DNA from: an uncultured virus (IMG/VR IMGVR_UViG_3300045974_000588)
Lineage: Duplodnaviria; Heunggongvirae; Uroviricota; Caudoviricetes
Virus record (IMG/VR): IMGVR_UViG_3300045974_000588
DNA: 56,394 bases
Strand: one strand, 5' to 3'
The notes under the pieces were generated by a model. That model was given only the letters and a program-made list of their open reading frames with translations, ran no database searches and had not been told where the DNA came from. Below are positions 54,377 through 56,394 of this stretch, one piece after another. Every line of letters begins with the position of its first letter. The first letter of the stretch is position 1. A program made the position numbers and the translations under genes.

Positions 54377-54878
54377 TAAGATCCTTTACGACAACAAATG
54401 GCTTCAACTAAAAGAGATTGACGGTCATTACGTTTATTCTCACGAGATTAGATGCAATGGAATTATCGTCATGGTTCTTCCTTACCGGAAAACAGGATCG
54501 AATTTCGAATTCTTGGTTCGAGCTGAAATTACTCCATGCTGGTCTGAGAAGCCTACACTTAGCGCAATGACTGGTGGAGCCGAATCTTCGGATGGTCCTG
54601 CTGAAGATGTTGTCCGTGAACTCTACGAAGAAGCTGGCTATAGAGTTACGGCGAATCAGCTGGAGTTCCTTGGGCTGGTTCGAGCATCCAAATCTTCTGA
54701 TACTTACTACCACCTGTTCACTATCGATGTTACCGGAATGATTCCAGATCAGGCTACTGGAGATGGAAGCAAGAATGATCTTGCTCCTAGTGTTTGGTTG
54801 ACAGAAGAACAGATCGTGGGACTCGAAGATGCTCAAGCTCTTGCCGCTTATGTCAAAATCAAAGCTCTGCTTAAGTAA
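54339..54878 (+). CDS. Nudix hydrolase (ADP-ribose pyrophosphatase-like)
   Basis: GGAESSDGPAEDVVRELYEEAGY Nudix box; start placed at ATG after GGAGAAGG. Confidence 0.88.
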   Translation: MGKLRTVGTGSGDKILYDNKWLQLKEIDGHYVYSHEIRCNGIIVMVLPYRKTGSNFEFLVRAEITPCWSEKPTLSAMTGGAESSDGPAEDVVRELYEEAGYRVTANQLEFLGLVRASKSSDTYYHLFTIDVTGMIPDQATGDGSKNDLAPSVWLTEEQIVGLEDAQALAAYVKIKALLK

Positions 54879-55491
54879 TCGTCCTCTAAAAGAAATCTTC
54901 GAAACGGATTGGAGCCACTATCGAGGCTTACAAGGCCTTCGGTGGAATCCAGAGTTTTGCAACAAACACTGTGATCTTCATGAAATATCTCTAGATCTAT
55001 TCTTTTTGATCTGCCACGGGCCTTGGGTTCATCAACGAGTCCAAAGTTTAGAGATGAAAGTTGGTGAAGTAATTCATCGAAAGAACTTTGCGAATTTAGA
55101 AAGTTGTTATCCTCTCCCGTGGCAAAAGGATATATCACTAAGATTTCGGCACATAGCAGAAAATCCTCAAAAGTGGGGCTTAGTAGCTAGAAGAAATGAA
55201 GCTAGAATTCGAACTGGAGATTGGATTAAGCTAGATGAGTTCTCAGAATTGAACTTAGGCCGCCGATATAAAGTAGTTGACCTCTGGTTGGGACGGCGTC
55301 TTGGAATCTGTAGTTTTCCAATCGATCGCCACATCCAAAGAGAACTAGTTCGAGTTGGAATAAAAGTATCTTATAAATTCTGCTATGATGAGTTTCTAGA
55401 TGAGTTAATACGTTTGGACTATGATCCAATCTTCTTAGAATATGCTATGATTCAGCAAGTAAAGCTTGGAAAGTTTGAAATTAATCTTTAA
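54829..55491 (+). CDS. Hypothetical protein
   Basis: 220-aa ORF; FPIDRHIQR resembles the HhH-glycosylase 'PVD.H' motif only weakly. Confidence 0.5.
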   Translation: MLKLLPLMSKSKLCLSNRPLKEIFETDWSHYRGLQGLRWNPEFCNKHCDLHEISLDLFFLICHGPWVHQRVQSLEMKVGEVIHRKNFANLESCYPLPWQKDISLRFRHIAENPQKWGLVARRNEARIRTGDWIKLDEFSELNLGRRYKVVDLWLGRRLGICSFPIDRHIQRELVRVGIKVSYKFCYDEFLDELIRLDYDPIFLEYAMIQQVKLGKFEINL

Positions 55492-55777
55492 CGCTAAATC
55501 CAAGCTCCTGGAGGAAGTTAGCTACCACTTCGTGGAGCTCAGTTCCCATAGCGTTCAGAGTTCCTAGAATCTTAACACTCTTCTCGTCAAAGCGAACTTC
55601 TAGAACCATCAGAAGCTCATTTGATTCTGCTAGAATAATTTCTACGCCAGAATCCTCAAGCTCGTTCATGAGAACTTCTTGATCGGTCAAATCCATCAGT
55701 GCCATCTTGAAAGTGTCTAAGAACGACCACTTCCCTCTATACCCTGTTAGAGAGGCCGATACTTGAGAAGGCATCAT
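55481..55777 (-). CDS. Hypothetical protein
   Basis: RBS GGAG. Confidence 0.55.
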   Translation of the reverse strand: MMPSQVSASLTGYRGKWSFLDTFKMALMDLTDQEVLMNELEDSGVEIILAESNELLMVLEVRFDEKSVKILGTLNAMGTELHEVVANFLQELGFSVKD

Positions 55778-55795
55778 GATTGTCTCCGCCGGAAA

Positions 55796-56353
55796 CTAAA
55801 CTACGTAATAATTGGCGATTCGAGAGTTGAGTGAATTCATCTGCATGCTTAAACCGCGCCGCAGAGTGTCAAGTCTCGAAAGATTTTGGTTGTAGAACAT
55901 TCTTCGAACCCCAGTAAAGGCAACTGACTGCATCGAGCGCAGGAGCATTTCTTTTGCTCTTGGAAATTGCTCGTTTACTTGGTTCAACAGAAGTTCAATT
56001 TCTCCGCCCAAAGCCGTGCTGGGGTCATGCTCTAATGTGATTGTTTGGCCACTGAAAGTAAATCCAAGCTCGCCATACATGACGATCTGAGCTTGAAGAC
56101 CCCAGCAGGCCGCGGCTGAAACTAGGTAATGCGATACATCAAATCCTTTGTACTTGCCCATTCCATTGGGAAAATCTTCAAAGATCCAACCCGTTGCTTG
56201 TGGAGGCAACAGATTAAGCATTGCAATTCCACGAGTCAAGTACTCGTAGTAATCAGAAGTTGTATATGCTTGAACAAGGTGCTCAGGTTTTCTAACTTTA
56301 TCAAGAATAGCTTGCAACGACTGACAGTAAAACCAGAAGTATGTAGGAACCAC
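55796..56353 (-). CDS. Hypothetical, possibly virion neck/head-completion protein (may extend beyond window)
   Basis: Helical 185-aa ORF in minus-strand run; function inferred only. Confidence 0.4.
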   Translation of the reverse strand: MVPTYFWFYCQSLQAILDKVRKPEHLVQAYTTSDYYEYLTRGIAMLNLLPPQATGWIFEDFPNGMGKYKGFDVSHYLVSAAACWGLQAQIVMYGELGFTFSGQTITLEHDPSTALGGEIELLLNQVNEQFPRAKEMLLRSMQSVAFTGVRRMFYNQNLSRLDTLRRGLSMQMNSLNSRIANYYVV

Positions 56354-56394
56354 TCTAGCAATTACGATTTCTGTTTGAGTTCTACGGAAACTAG

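Noticed and set aside
1..56394. Stop-codon reassignment as in some jumbo phages
   Set aside because: Conserved genes are full length in code 11, and TAG, TGA and TAA all terminate genes right before the next RBS/start.
1..56394. tRNA/rRNA genes and major capsid gene
   Set aside because: No cloverleaf-like sequence in the few intergenic gaps; no ORF recognisable as major capsid protein, which is presumably outside the window.

Overview
A gene-dense segment of a large (jumbo-type) tailed dsDNA phage genome read in the standard code. It contains: (1) a replication/repair/nucleotide block with a HolA-like clamp-loader subunit, SbcC/SbcD, a Toprim primase, dNMP kinase, class II B12-dependent RNR, a DEDDh exonuclease, divergently placed GyrA/ParC and GyrB/ParE, and two Nudix enzymes; (2) a head module with an intein-split large terminase, portal and prohead protease; (3) rIIA/rIIB with GC-rich codon usage; (4) host-type signalling and envelope genes, namely a full chemoreceptor, a REC-GGEEF diguanylate cyclase, a YfiR/SBP-like periplasmic protein, a sedolisin lipoprotein and a Dps fusion. 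The most striking unexplained signal is a ~10-aa N-terminal leader, M-[KR]-[LI]-[RT]-[IV]-[KQ]-A-[NRD]-x-[RK], shared by at least six (up to ten) otherwise unrelated proteins. These genes cluster around the portal/protease genes and in a second virion-type cluster, and include a lytic transglycosylase and (looser match) the Dps fusion; the leader is a candidate capsid cargo-loading/processing tag. Two promoter classes are also readable: sigma70-like CTTGA..TATATT sites and a positionally fixed GGTTA element about 18-26 nt upstream of many starts. All family calls come from motif recognition by eye; no database search was run.
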